Of a stretch of DNA of 64,000 nucleotides, positions 50,388 to 62,871 are shown piece by piece (position 1 is the stretch's first letter; each line of letters starts with the position of its first letter). The translations under genes were made by a program, and so were the position numbers. The stretch lies in the NCBI RefSeq assembly GCF_032444005.1, contig NC_091282.1, positions 35,898,001 through 35,962,000 of the forward strand, read 5' to 3'. The notes beneath the pieces are model-generated. The model was not told the DNA's origin. It searched no databases and saw only the letters and a program-made list of their open reading frames with translations. The DNA comes from Ranitomeya imitator (taxonomy: Eukaryota).

Positions 50388-51272
50388 TAGTGTTGAGCAT
50401 TCCGATACTGCAAGTATCGGGTATCGGACGATACTTGCGGTATCGGAATTCCGATACCGAGTTCCGATATTTTTGCGATATCGGGAATCGGTATCGGATC
50501 CATATTAATGTGTAAAATAAAGAATTAAAATAAAAAATATTGATATACTCACCTCTCCGGAGGCCCCTGGACATCACCGCTGGTAACCGGCAGCCTTCTT
50601 TGTTTAAAATGAGCGCGTTTAGGGACTTCCATGACGTCACGGCTTCTGATTGGTCGCGTGCCGCTCATGTGACTGCCACGTGACCAGTCAGAAGCCGCGA
50701 CGTCATTCTCAGGTCCTAAATTCCTAGAATGAGGAGTTTAGGACCTGAGAATGACGTCGCGGCTTCTGATTGGTCGCGTGGCGGTCACATGAGCGGCACG
50801 CGACCAATCAGAAGCCGCGACGTCATTCTCAGGCCCTAAACTCCTCATTCTAGGAATTTAGGACCTGCGAATGACGTCGCGGCTTCTGATTGGTCGCGTG
50901 GCGGTCACATGAGCGGCACGCGACCAATCAGAAGCCGCGACGTCATTCTCAGGTCTTAAACGCGCTCATTTTAAACAAAGAAGCCTGCCGGTTACCAGCG
51001 GTGATGTCCAGGGGCCTCCGGAGAGGTAATTATATCAATATTTTTTATTTTAATTCTTTATTTTACACATTAATATGGATCCCAGGGCCTGAAGGAGAGT
51101 TTCCTCTCCTTCAGACCCTGGGAACCATCAGGATACCTTCCAATACTTGGTGTCCCATTGACTTGTATTGGTATCGGGTATCGGTACCGGCGATATCAGA
51201 TACTTTTCGGGTATCGGCCGATACTATCCGATACCGATACTTTCAAGTATCGGACGGTATCGCTCAACACTA
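50388..51272. mobile_element. hAT MITE, 885 bp, 8-bp TSD GTCAACAC
   Basis: TAGTGTTGAGC...GCTCAACACTA; TSD 50380-87 and 51273-80; subterminal CCGATAC repeats. Confidence 0.92.
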
Positions 51273-51439
51273 GTCAACACCTAAGTAGCCAGAATATAGC
51301 CTGGAAATATCTTTAGTTAAAGCATTGAAGTCAGCAGTCAAAGGAGTGGATGATTAAACAACTAGCGACCTGAGAAATCCAGAGTTCAAATGTATTGAAG
51401 TTGGCAAGTAAGTAATAAAGGGGATTGTAACACTTTATA

Positions 51440-51652
51440 GCCTCCGAGTATTTGTTAGTGTTCGGAGATTTAGTTTTCATCCCAGCAGCTGAATGATTTA
51501 CAGCTATTAGCCAGCTTGATTACATGTGGGGATTCCCTAGCAACCAGGCAACCCCCACATGTACTCAGCCTGGCTAGTAGCTGTAAATCATTCAGCTGCC
51601 GTGATAAAAACTAAATCTCCGAGCAGTCATAAATACTTGGAGGTCACCCGAG
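51440..51652. mobile_element. hAT MITE fragment (family of 25972-26261)
   Basis: Central palindrome GGATTCCCTAGCAACCAGGCAACCCCCACATGTA shared (inverted); both ends lost. Confidence 0.75.
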
Positions 51653-52071
51653 GCGTAGCTAGGGTTTTGGTTTAGCGGGGCGAAGCTTCTGAGCGGGCCC
51701 TAACCAGGTAACCTTGATTACAACTCGGTGACGCGCCCTAATAGTGGAGAACCTCAGCAAATGACTGCGCTATTACTGAAGATAATCTCTATATAACGAC
51801 CAACATGGATATTACCACCATATGGTCAGTGGTAGATACCAGCCCTACAGAACATATAAGAGATCATAGCACAGTTACAGATAATGTCTTACCGCTGACG
51901 TTCTCTGATGGAATCGTTCACTTTTCCTGTCTTTTCCATCTGGCCCAGACTGACATGACAACTTCTTCCATCCAGGACTCGTCTGCAGAGAATACAACAA
52001 AGACACATTTCACTTCTCATATTCCAGCCCCATCACCATCTATTCCCAACCTGCACAAACTCCTCATCCTG

Positions 52072-52938
52072 CTGATACCCCAATACTGAGCCGCTGCTGC
52101 CGTATGTGTCCCTATTACTGCACCTGATACCCCAATACTGAGCCGCTGCTGCCGTATGTGTCCCTATTACTACACCTGATACCCCAATACTGAGCCGCTG
52201 CTGCCGTATGTGTCCCTATTACTGCCCTTGAAACCCAAATACTGAGCCGCTGCTGCCGTATGTGTCCCTATTACTGCACCTGATACCCCAATACTGAGCC
52301 GCTGCTGCCGTATGTGTCCCTATTGCTGCACCTGATACCCCAATACTGAGCCGCTGCTGCCATATGTGTCCCTATTACTGCTCCTGATACCCCAATACTG
52401 AGCCACTGCTGCCGTATGTGTCCCTATTACTTCACATAATACCCCAATACTGAGCCGCTGCTGCCGTATGTGTCCCTATTACTTTACCTGATACCCCAAT
52501 ACTGAGCCGCTGCTGCCGTATGTGTCCCTATTACTGCCCCTGATACCCCAATACTGAGCCGCTGCTGCCGTATGTGTCCCTATTACTGCACCTGATACCA
52601 CAATACTGAGCCGCTGCTGCCGTATGTGTCCCTATTACTGCACCTGATACCCCAATACTGAGCCGCTGCTGCCATATGTGTCCCTATTACTGCTCCTGAT
52701 ACCCCAATACTGTTCCGCTGCTGCCGTATGTGTCCCTATTACTGCCCCTGATACCCCAGTACTGAGCCGCTGCTGCCATATGTGTCCCTATTACTGCCCC
52801 TGATACCTCAATACTGAGCCGCTGCTGCCGTATGTGTCCATATTACTGCACCTGATACCCCAATACTGAGCCGCTGCTGCCGTATGTGTCCCTATTACTG
52901 AGCCGCTACTGCCGTATGTGTCCTTATTACTGCACCTG
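52072..52938. repeat. 52-bp satellite array, about 17 units
   Basis: Same unit as 1-8950. Confidence 0.97.
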
Positions 52939-54838
52939 CTATGTAAATTCTAAAGCACCCCTCTATACTATAGTAATGCTGGGTGCAAGTGCCCTAGAAA
53001 ACAGTGCCCATATTTTGTCCCCTAGAAAGTAATATTGCCGTGTGCCCCTTTGATAGTCACAGTAAGCAGAGTTCCCCTATAACAATAAGTGCCCACTTTA
53101 CATTTAATAATGTCCCGAGTCTCCCCCTGTACAGCTCCTCTATACAAAGTATGATGCCCCCACACTGTATAGTACCACCGACACAGTATACTGACCCCTT
53201 AGTAGACTCCAAACTGTTTGATGGCTCCAACACTGTATGATGGCCCCTTCACTGTAATCCCCACACTGTACAATGGCCTCCATAGATAACCTCCATATAG
53301 TATAATGTGCCAGATAGTCCTCAATATAGTACAAGGCAGCACCTCCCATAGACAGATCCTGTATTATAAGGCAGCACTCCCCCCAGGCAGAACCTGTAAT
53401 GTATAAGGCCGCACACCCTTGAGGCAGATCCTATAATGTATAAGGCAGCACTCCCCTCAGGCAGATCCTGCAATGTATAAGGCAGCACTCCCCCCAGGCA
53501 GATCCTGTAATGTATAAGGTAGCACTCCCCCCAGGCAGATCCTGTAATGTATAAGGCAGCACTCCCCCTAGGCAGATCCTATACTTTATAAGGCAGCACT
53601 TCCCCTAGGCAGATCCTATACTGTATAAGGCAGCACTCCCCCTAAGCAGATCCTATACTGTATAAGGTAGCACTCCCCCCAGGCAGATCCTGTACTGTAT
53701 AAGGCAGCACTCCCTCCCCCCCAGGCAGATCCTGTAATGTATAAGGCAGCACTCCCCCCAGGCAGATCCTGTACTGTATAAGGCAGCACCCTCCCAGGCA
53801 GATCCTGTAATGTATAAGGCAGCACTCCCTCCCCCCACAGGCAGATCCTATACTGTATAAGGCAGCACTCCCTCCCCCCCAGGCAGATCCTGTACTGTAT
53901 AAGGCAGCACCTTCCCAGGCAGATCCTGTAATGTATAAGGCAGCACTCCCCCCAGGCAGATCCTGTACTGTATAAGGCAGCACCTTCCCAGGCAGAGCCT
54001 GTAATGTATAAGGCAGCACTCCCCCCAGGCAGATCCTGTACTGTATAAGGCAGCACTCCCTCCCTGTTATGACCTGGTGGTTAGGAGCACCCGACCTGAT
54101 AGTTAAACTCATACAGAACAAGCTCTGGGATGTGGGAGCTCTGCTGACCGCAAGCCCTAATCCTATCGCACACACTAAAAATAGCCGTGGAGCGCTCCTG
54201 ACGCTCCCTAGGCGCCTCGTCACAGCCTAAGGACTAGCTAGCCCTAGAGATAGAAAATAAAGCTACCTTGCCTCAGAGAAATTCCCCAAAGGAAAAGGCA
54301 GCCCCCCACATATATTGACTGTGAGTAAGATGAAATCACAAACACAGAGATGAAATAGATTTAGCAAAGAGAGGCCCGACTTACTGAACAGACAGAGGAT
54401 AGGAAAGGTAACTTTGCGGTCAGCACAAAAACCTACAAAAAGCCACGCAGAGAGTGCAGGGAAAAAAACCTTCCGCACCGACTCACGGTGCGGAGGCGCC
54501 CCTCTGCGTCCCAGAGCTTTCAGCAAGCAAGGCAATATTCACAATAGCAAGCTGGACAGAAAAAATAGCAACAAGAAAGTAGCAAAGAGGAACTTAGCTT
54601 CTGCTGGAGTAAACAGGGAACCAGAACGATCCAGGAGCGAACTAGACCAATAGTACAACATTGACAGCTGGCATGGGGCAAAGATCAAAGTGGAGTTAAA
54701 TAGAGCAGCCCACTAACGAATTAGCCTCGTCACCTGTGGAAGGAAACTCAGAAACACCCACAGCCACCAGAGGAAGTCCATGGACAGAACCAGCCGAAGT
54801 ACCATTCATGACCACAGGAGGGAGCTCGACAACAGAAT

Positions 54839-57300
54839 TCACAACAGTACCCCCCCTTGAGGAGGGGTCACCGAACCCTCACCAGAGCCCCCAGGCCGAC
54901 CAGGATGAGCCAAATGAAAGACACGAACCAGATCGGCCGCATGAACATCAGAGGCAAAAACCCAGGAATTATCCTCCTGACCATAACCCTTCCACTTGAC
55001 CAGGTACTGGAGTTTCCGTCTCGAAATACGAGAATCCAAAATCTTCTCCACCACATACTCCAACTCCCCCTCAACCAACACCGAGGCAGGAGGATCAACG
55101 GATGGAACCACAGGCGCCACGTATCTCCGCAATAACGACCTATGGAACACATTATGGATGGCAAAAGAAGCTGGAAGGGCCAAACGAAATGACACAGGAT
55201 TGATAACCTCAGAAATCTTATACGGACCAATGAAACGAGGCTTAAACTTAGGAGAGGAAACCTTCATAGGAACATAACGAGACGACAACCAAACCAAATC
55301 CCCAACACGAAGTCGGGGACCCACACAGCGTCGGCGGTTAGCGAAACGCTGAGCCTTCTTCTGGGACAATGTCAAATTGTCCACCACATGAGTCCAAATC
55401 CGCTGCAACCTATCCACCACAGTATCTACACCAGGACAGTCCGAAGACTCAACCTGCCCTGAAGAGAAACGAGGATGGAAACCAGAATTGCAGAAAAACG
55501 GCGAAACCAAAGTAGCCGAGCTGGCCCGATTATTAAGGGCGAACTCAGCCAAAGGCAAAAAGGACACCCAATCATCCTGATCAGCAGAAACAAAGCATCT
55601 CAGATATGTCTCCAAAGTTTGATTAGTTCGTTCGGTTTGGCCATTTGTCTGAGGATGGAAAGCCGAGGAAAAAGACAAATCAATGCCCATCCTAGCACAA
55701 AAGGATCGCCAAAACCTCGAAACAAACTGGGAACCTCTGTCCGAAACGATGTTCTCCGGAATACCATGTAAACGAACCACATGCTGGAAAAACAATGGCA
55801 CCAAATCAGAGGAGGAAGGCAATTTAGACAAGGGTACCAAATGGACCATCTTAGAAAAGCGATCACAAACCACCAAAATGACCGACACATCCCGTGACAA
55901 AGACGGCCACCAAAAGGATCTAGCCACCAAATCTCTGGTACCAAAGATTCCAGGATGCCCAGCCAACACCGAACAATGAACCTCAGAGATAACTCTACTA
56001 GTCCATTTATCAGGGACAAACAGTTTCTCCGCTGGGCAACGGTCAGGTCTATCAGCCTGAAATTTTTGCAGCACCCGCCGCAAATCAGGGGAGATGGCAG
56101 ACAAAATTACCCCCTCTTTGAGAATACCCGCCGGCTCAGGAACACCCGTAGAGTCAGGCACAAAACTCCTTGACAGGGCATCAGCCTTCACATTCTTAGA
56201 GCCCGGAAGGTACGAAACCACAAAATCAAAACGGGAGAAAAACAACGACCATCGAGCCTGTCTCGGATTCAACCGTTTGGCAGACTCAAGATAAGTCAAA
56301 TTCTTGTGATCTGTCAAGACCACCACGCGATGCTTGGCTCCTTCAAGCCAATGACGCCACTCCTCGAATGCCCACTTCATGGCCAACAACTCTCGATTAC
56401 CAACATCATAATTGCGCTCAGCAGGCGAAAACTTTCTAGAAAATAAAGCACATGGCTTCATCACCAAGCCATCAGAACTTCTCTGCGACAAAACAGCCCC
56501 TGCTCCAATCTCAGAAGCATCAACCTCAACCTGAAACGGGAGCGAAACATCTGGCTGGCACAACACAGGGGCAGAAGAAAAACGACGCTTCAATTCCTGA
56601 AAAGCTTCCACAGCCGCAGAAGACCAATTGACCACATCAGCACCCTTCTTGGTCAAATCAGTCAACGGTTTAGCAACGCTAGAAAAATTAGCGATGAAGC
56701 GACGATAAAAATTAGCAAAGCCCAGGAACTTTTGCAGGCTCTTCACAGATGTCGGCTGAGTCCAATCGTAAATGGCCTGAACTTTAACAGGGTCCATCTC
56801 GATAGTAGAAGGGGAAAAAATGAACCCCAAAAATGAAACCTTCTGAACTCCAAAGAGACACTTTGACCCCTTCACAAACAAGGAATTCGCACGAAGGACC
56901 TGGAACACCATTCTGACCTGCTTCACATGAGACTCCCAATCATCCGAAAAGACCAAAATATCATCCAAATACACAATCAGGAATTTATCCAGGTACTCTC
57001 GGAAGATGTCATGCATAAAGGACTGAAACACTGATGGAGCATTGGAAAGCCCGAATGGCATCACCAGGTACTCAAAATGGCCCTCGGGCGTATTAAATGC
57101 TGTTTTCCATTCATCGCCACGTTTCATACGCACAAGATTATACGCCCCTCAAAGGTCTATCTTGGTGAACCAACTAGCCCCTTTAATACGAGCAAACAAA
57201 TCAGACAGCAACGGCAAAGGATACTGAAATTTGACTGTAATTTTATTAGGAAGGCGGTAATCAATACAAGGTCTCAAAGAACCATCCTTCTTGGCCACAA
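54839..57300 (-). pseudogene. pol: RT, RNase H, integrase (partly deleted), GPY/F, chromodomain
   Basis: YLDDILVFS; VDASEIG; TDHKNL; SDRGSQF; GQTERTN; FIGPYKI; VEKILDSR..YLVKWKGY; 1-nt frameshift in A-run 57299-303, TGA at 57149-51, in-frame IN deletion ~55888. Confidence 0.93.
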
Positions 57301-58752
57301 AAAGAACTCTGCTCCTAACGGTGACGACGACGGGCGAATATGGCCTTTCTCCAAGGATTCCTTTATATAACTCCGCATAGCGGCGTGTTCTGGCGCAGAT
57401 AAATTGAACAATCGGCCCTTAGGAAACTTACTACCAGGAATCAAATTAATTGCACAATCGCAATCCCTATGAGGAGGTAGTGCACTGGATTTGGGCTCAT
57501 CAAATTCATCCCGATAATCCGACAAAAACTCCGGAACTTCAGAAGGAGTGGAAGACAAAATTGACAAAAATGGAACATCACCATGTACCCCCTGGCAACC
57601 CCAGCTGGACACAGACATAGATTTCCAGTCCAATACTGGATTATGAACCTGTAGCCATGGCAACCCCAAAACGACCACATCATGCAGATTATGCAACACC
57701 AAAAAGCGGATATCCTCCTGATGTGCAGGAGCCATGCACATGGTCAATTGGGTCCAGTACTGAGGCTTATTCTTGGCCAAAGGCGTAGCATCAATTCCTC
57801 TCAATGGAATAGGATACTGCAAGGGCTCCAAGAAAAACCCACAGCGCCTAGCATACTCCAAGTCCATCAAATTCAGGGCAGCGCCTGAATCCACAAATGC
57901 CATAACAGAGTAGGATGACAAAGAGCAAATCAGAGTAACGGACAATAGAAATCTAGACTGTACCGTACCAATGGTGGCAGACCTAGCGAGCCGCTTAGTG
58001 CGCTTAGGACAATCGGAGATAGCATGAGTGGAATCACCACAGTAAAAACACAGCCCATTCCGACGTCTGTGTTCTTGCCATTCAGCTCTAGTCAAAGTCC
58101 TATCACACTGCATAGGCTCAGGCCCATGCTCAGATAGTACCGCCAAATGGTGCACAGCTTTACGCTCACGCAAGCGTCGATCGATCTGAATGGCCAAAGA
58201 CATAGACTCATTCAGACCAACAGGCATGGGAAATCCCACCATGACATCCTTAAGGGCTTCAGAGAGACCCTTTCTGAAGATTGCTGCCAGGGCACATTCA
58301 TTCCACTGAGTGAGCACAGACCACTTTCTAAACTTCTGACAGTACACCTCCGCTTCATCCTGACCCTGACACAGAGCCAGCAAGATTTTCTCTGCCTGAT
58401 CCACTGAATTAGGTTCGTCATAAAGCAATCCAAGCGCCAGGAAAAACGCATCAACATCACGCAATGCCGGATCTCCTGGCGCAAGGGAAAATGCCCAGTC
58501 TTGAGGGTCGCCACGTAACAAAGAAATAATGATCCTTACTTGTTGAACAGGATCACCTGAGGAGTGAGGTTTCAAGGCAAGAAACAATTTACAATTATTT
58601 TTGAAATTCAAGAACTTAGATCTATCACCAAAAAACAAATCAGGAATTGGAATCCTAGGCTCTGACATCGGATTGTGAACCACAAAATCTTGAATGTTTT
58701 GTACACTTATAGTGAGATTATCCATCAAAGAGGACAGACCTTGAATGTCCAT
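57274..58752 (-). CDS. gag-protease (PEG10/RTL1-like capsid, CCHC knuckle, aspartic protease) in one frame with the start of RT
   Basis: [29 protein letters not shown]; ATG at 58752; present stop results from the downstream frameshift. Confidence 0.88.
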   Translation of the reverse strand: MDIQGLSSLMDNLTISVQNIQDFVVHNPMSEPRIPIPDLFFGDRSKFLNFKNNCKLFLALKPHSSGDPVQQVRIIISLLRGDPQDWAFSLAPGDPALRDVDAFFLALGLLYDEPNSVDQAEKILLALCQGQDEAEVYCQKFRKWSVLTQWNECALAAIFRKGLSEALKDVMVGFPMPVGLNESMSLAIQIDRRLRERKAVHHLAVLSEHGPEPMQCDRTLTRAEWQEHRRRNGLCFYCGDSTHAISDCPKRTKRLARSATIGTVQSRFLLSVTLICSLSSYSVMAFVDSGAALNLMDLEYARRCGFFLEPLQYPIPLRGIDATPLAKNKPQYWTQLTMCMAPAHQEDIRFLVLHNLHDVVVLGLPWLQVHNPVLDWKSMSVSSWGCQGVHGDVPFLSILSSTPSEVPEFLSDYRDEFDEPKSSALPPHRDCDCAINLIPGSKFPKGRLFNLSAPEHAAMRSYIKESLEKGHIRPSSSPLGAEFFLWPRRMVL

Positions 58753-58876
58753 GTCTACACCTGTGTCCTGAACCACCCAGAGGTAAAGGGGAAAAGAGAG
58801 ACAAAACACGCTGCAAAGAAAAAAAATGGTCTCAGAACTTCTCTTATCCCTCTATTGAGATGCATTAATACTTTGG

Positions 58877-58885
58877 GCCAGCTGT
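58877..58885 (-). promoter_or_regulatory. Primer-binding site ACAGCTGGC, complementary to the predicted transcript 5' end
   Basis: 2 nt after the 5' LTR; complement GCCAGCTGT at 59496-59488, 30 nt after TATTTAA (59526-59520). Confidence 0.7.
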
Positions 58886-59929
58886 ACTGTTATGACCTGG
58901 TGGTTAGGAGCACCCGACCTGATAGTTAAACTCATACAGAACAAGCTCTGGGATGTGGGAGCTCTGCTGACCGCAAGCCCTAATCCTATCGCACACACTA
59001 AAAATAGCCGTGGAGCGCTCCTGATGCTCCCTAGGCGCCTCGTCACAGCCTAAGGACTAGCTAGCCCTAGAGATAGAAAATAAAGCCTACCTTGCCTCAG
59101 AGAAATTCCCCAAAGGAAAAGGCAGCCCCCCACATATATTGACTGTGAGTAGGATGAAATCACAAACACAGAGATGAAATAGATTTAGCAAAGAGAGGCC
59201 CGACTTACTGAACAGACAGAGGATAGGAAAGGTAACTTTGCGGTCAGCACAAAAACCTACAAAAAGCCACGCAGAGAGTGCAGGGAAAAACACCTTCCGC
59301 ACCGACTCACGGTGCGGAGGCGTCCCTCTGCGTCCCAGAGCTTCCAGCAAGCAAGGCAATATTCACAATAGCAAGCTGGACAGAAAAAATAGCAACAAGA
59401 AAGTAGCAAAGAGCAACTTAGCTTCTGCTGGAGTAAACAGGGAACCAGAACGATCCAGGAGCGAACTAGACCAATAGTACAACATTGACAGCTGGCATGG
59501 GGCAAAGATCTAAGTGGAGTTAAATAGAGCAGCCCACTAACGAATTAGCCTCGTCACCTGTGGAAGGAAACTCAGAAACACCCACAGCCACCAGAGGAAG
59601 TCCATGGACAGAACCAGCCGAAGTACCATTCATGACCACAGGAGGGAGCTCGACAACAGAATTCACAACACCTCCCCCCCAGGCAGATCCTGTAATGTAT
59701 AAGGCAGCACTCCCCCCAGGCAGATCCTGTAATGTATAAGGCAGCACTCCCTTCCCCCCAGGCAGATCCTATACTGTATAAGGCAGCACTCCCTCCCCCC
59801 CAGGCAGATCCTGTAATGTATAAGGCAGCACCCTCCCAGGCAGATCCTGTAATGTATAAGGCAGCACCCTCCCAGGCAGATCCTGTACTGTATAAGGCAG
59901 CACCCTCCCAGGCAGATCCTATACTGTAA

Positions 59930-61260
59930 TAATAACAAAACCAGGCAACATAATCGATACAGGAGGGGGATAGGAGCACTAAATAGTGCAAAATAACCCC
60001 CCACCCAACAAAAGAACCAACTCCATATAAAAGGAGCATAACGGAAATCAAAAAAGATAATAATGCTTTATTAAATTACATGTAAAAAGTGTAACACACA
60101 CATCATAACAATATATTAGTACAAAAGTATATATATAGTGCTCAAGGATGGTTAAAACATAAGTGGACAACCCCCGGCGTGCACCGCCAATAGGGCCAAT
60201 ACCCAAGCATAAGGTATACGTGTGCTAATTAAGGTGCACAAGAGTAACTGCACCCATGTAACAGTGGTACCTAGTGGTAACAAAAGTCAATATAAAGCGT
60301 AGCCACACTTACCGAGTAAAGGCACCAAGGCAGGGCACACCGGACGGGGACCACCAGCGCAACGCTGTGAGCGTCGGTCAGCCGGAAAGCAAAGCGGTGA
60401 CGTCACCGCTCTGCTTTCCGGCCGCTGTGCTCACAGCCAGTGCAGGAGGAGTGCAGAGAAGCAGAGCGCCGGGGACAGACAGCGGTAGGCAAGTATGTAG
60501 TGTTTGTTTTTTTTACTTTTACGCTGGTAACCAGGGTAAACATTGGGTTACTAAGCGCGGCCCTGCGCTTAGTAACCCGATGTTTACCCTGGTTACCCGG
60601 GGACTTCGGGATCTTGGTCGCTGGAGAGCTGTCTGTGTGACAGCTCTCCAGCGATCAAACAGCGACGCTGCAGCGATCGACATCGTTGTCGGTATCGCTG
60701 CAGCGTCGCTGAGTGTGAAGGTACCTTTAGTGATAGCCAATAAAAATAGCCAATAAAAATATCCTGTGCAATAACCGCAATAAAAAACAGCGTCCTGATA
60801 CTGATAAAAAAACATTCAAAGTTCTAGCAGAATCTTAGATTAATTCAAGGGTTAATAAAGGTAAATGGTTCCGTTCACTCCTTCGGGTTTAGCAGCGGTC
60901 ACATGATCCACTACGTCACGGAAGGTCCTGCGCACCAGCCGGAATCACCGCTAACACTACAAGCGGCGCCGACTTTGCAAGATTCCTGCTTAAAGAAGCA
61001 GCCACCAGCTTAAAGAAGTTCTTCTTTCCGGGCTCAACCTATCACAAGGACATTACTGTGGTCGCCTCCAAGTTCTCAGGAACCTCATCAGTGGGGGTAA
61101 GATAAGCGCCATTTACCTTTATTAACCCTTGAATTAATCTAAGATTCTGCTAGAACCTTGGATGTTTTTTTTATCAGTATTAGGACCACATTTTTTATTG
61201 CAGTTATTGCACAGGATATTTTTATTGGCTATGACTTAGCACGAACCTGTATATACAGAG
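59930..61260. mobile_element. A-rich Penelope-like fragment with ~123-bp inverted arms, split by a MITE
   Basis: Arms 60746-60868 / 61109-61232; composition like 19506-21342; class is inference. Confidence 0.4.
60365..60726. mobile_element. PIF/Harbinger MITE, right part only
   Basis: Ends GTGTGAAGGTACCT|TTA; closely matches ~31640-31984. Confidence 0.85.
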
Positions 61261-61263
61261 GTA

Positions 61264-62871
61264 CAGTGGGGCAAAAAAGTATTTAGTCAGTCAGCAATAG
61301 TGCAAGTTCCACCACTTAAAAAGATGAGAGGCGTCTGTAATTTACATCATAGGTAGACCTCAACTATGGGAGACAAACTGAGAAAAAAAAATCCAGAAAA
61401 TCACATTGTCTGTTTTTTTATCATTTTATTTGCATATTATGGTGGAAAATAAGTATTTGGTCAGAAACAAACAATCAAGATTTCTGGCTCTCACAGACCT
61501 GTAACTTCTTCTTTAAGAGTCTCCTCTTTCCTCCACTCATTACCTGTAGTAATGGCACCTGTTTAAACTTGTTATCAGTATAGAAAGACACCTGTGCACA
61601 CCCTCAAACAGTCTGACTCCAAACTCCACTATGGTGAAGACCAAAGAGCTGTCAAAGGACACCAGAAACAAAATTGTAGCCCTGCACCAGGCTGGGAAGA
61701 CTGAATCTGCAATAGCCAACCAGTTTGGAGTCAAGAAATCAACAGTGGGAGCAATAATTAGAAAATGGAAGACATACAAGACCACTGATAATCTCCCTCG
61801 ATCTGGGGCTCCACGCAAAATCCCACCCCGTGGGGTCAGAATGATCACAAGAACGGTGAGCAAAAATCCCAGAACCACGAGGGGGGACCTAGTGAATGAA
61901 CTGCAGAGAGCTGGGACCAATGTAACAAGGCCTACCATAAGTAACACACTATGCCACCATGGACTCAGATCCTGCAGTGCCAGACGTGTCCCACTGCTTA
62001 AGCCAGTACATGTCCAGGCCTGTCTGAAGTTTGCTAGAGAGCATTTGGTTGATCCAGAGGAGTTTTGGGAGAATGTCCTATGGTCTGATGAAACCAAACT
62101 GGAACTGTTTGGTAGAAACACAACTTGTCGTGTTTGGAGGAAAAAGAATACTGAGTTGCATCCATCAAACACCATACCTACTGTAAAGCATGGTGGTGGA
62201 AACATCATGCTTTGGGGCTGTTTCTCTGCAAAGGGGCCAGGACGACTGATCCGGGTACAGGAAAGAATGAATGGGGCCATGTATCGTGAGATTTTGAGTG
62301 CAAACCTCCTTCCATCAGCAAGGGCATTGAAGATGAAACGTGGCTGGGTCTTTCAACATGACAATGATCCAAAGCACACCGCCAGGGCAATGAAGGAGTG
62401 GCTTCGTAAGAAGCATTTCAAGGTCCTGGAGTGGCCTAGCCAGTCTCCAGATCTCAACCCTATAGAAAACCTTTGGAGGGAGTTGAAAGTCCGTGTTGCC
62501 AAGCGAAAAGCCAAAAACATCACTGCTCTAGAGGAGATCTGCATGGAGGAATGGGCCAACATACCAACAACAGTGTGTGGCAACCTTGTGAAGACTTACA
62601 GAAAACGTTTGACCTCTGTCATTGCCAACAAAGGATATATTACAAAGTATTGAGATGAAATTTTGTTTCTGACCAAATACTTATTTTCCACCATAATATG
62701 CAAATAAAATGTTAAAAAAAAACAGACAATGTGATTTTCTGGATTTTTTTTTCTCAGTTTGTCTCCCATAGTTGAGGTCTACCTATGATGTAAATTACAG
62801 ACGCCTCTCATCTTTTTAAGTGGTGGAACTTGCACTATTGCTGACTGACTAAATACTTTTTTGCCCCACTG
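61264..62871 (+). mobile_element. Full-length Tc1 (IR/DR type), same family as 41474-43078, opposite orientation
   Basis: Same TIRs, TA both sides. Confidence 0.97.
61631..62653 (+). CDS. Tc1 transposase, intact 340 aa, DD34E
   Basis: 12 amino-acid differences from the copy at 41689-42711; catalytic triad intact. Confidence 0.95.
   Translation: MVKTKELSKDTRNKIVALHQAGKTESAIANQFGVKKSTVGAIIRKWKTYKTTDNLPRSGAPRKIPPRGVRMITRTVSKNPRTTRGDLVNELQRAGTNVTRPTISNTLCHHGLRSCSARRVPLLKPVHVQACLKFAREHLVDPEEFWENVLWSDETKLELFGRNTTCRVWRKKNTELHPSNTIPTVKHGGGNIMLWGCFSAKGPGRLIRVQERMNGAMYREILSANLLPSARALKMKRGWVFQHDNDPKHTARAMKEWLRKKHFKVLEWPSQSPDLNPIENLWRELKVRVAKRKAKNITALEEICMEEWANIPTTVCGNLVKTYRKRLTSVIANKGYITKY

Larger units (their letters stand above)
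54065..59670 (-). mobile_element. Full-length Ty3/Gypsy chromovirus (Tf1/sushi-like), defective
   Basis: LTRs 58888-59670 (5') and 54065-54846 (3'), TG...CA, at least 8 differences in ~782 bp; PPT AAGGGGGGG at 54850-58; flanks CCTCCC. Confidence 0.97.

Noticed and set aside
53330-54064. G-quadruplex array on the minus strand of the minisatellite
   Set aside because: G-runs are about 28 nt apart, beyond usual stable loop lengths; not supportable from sequence alone.
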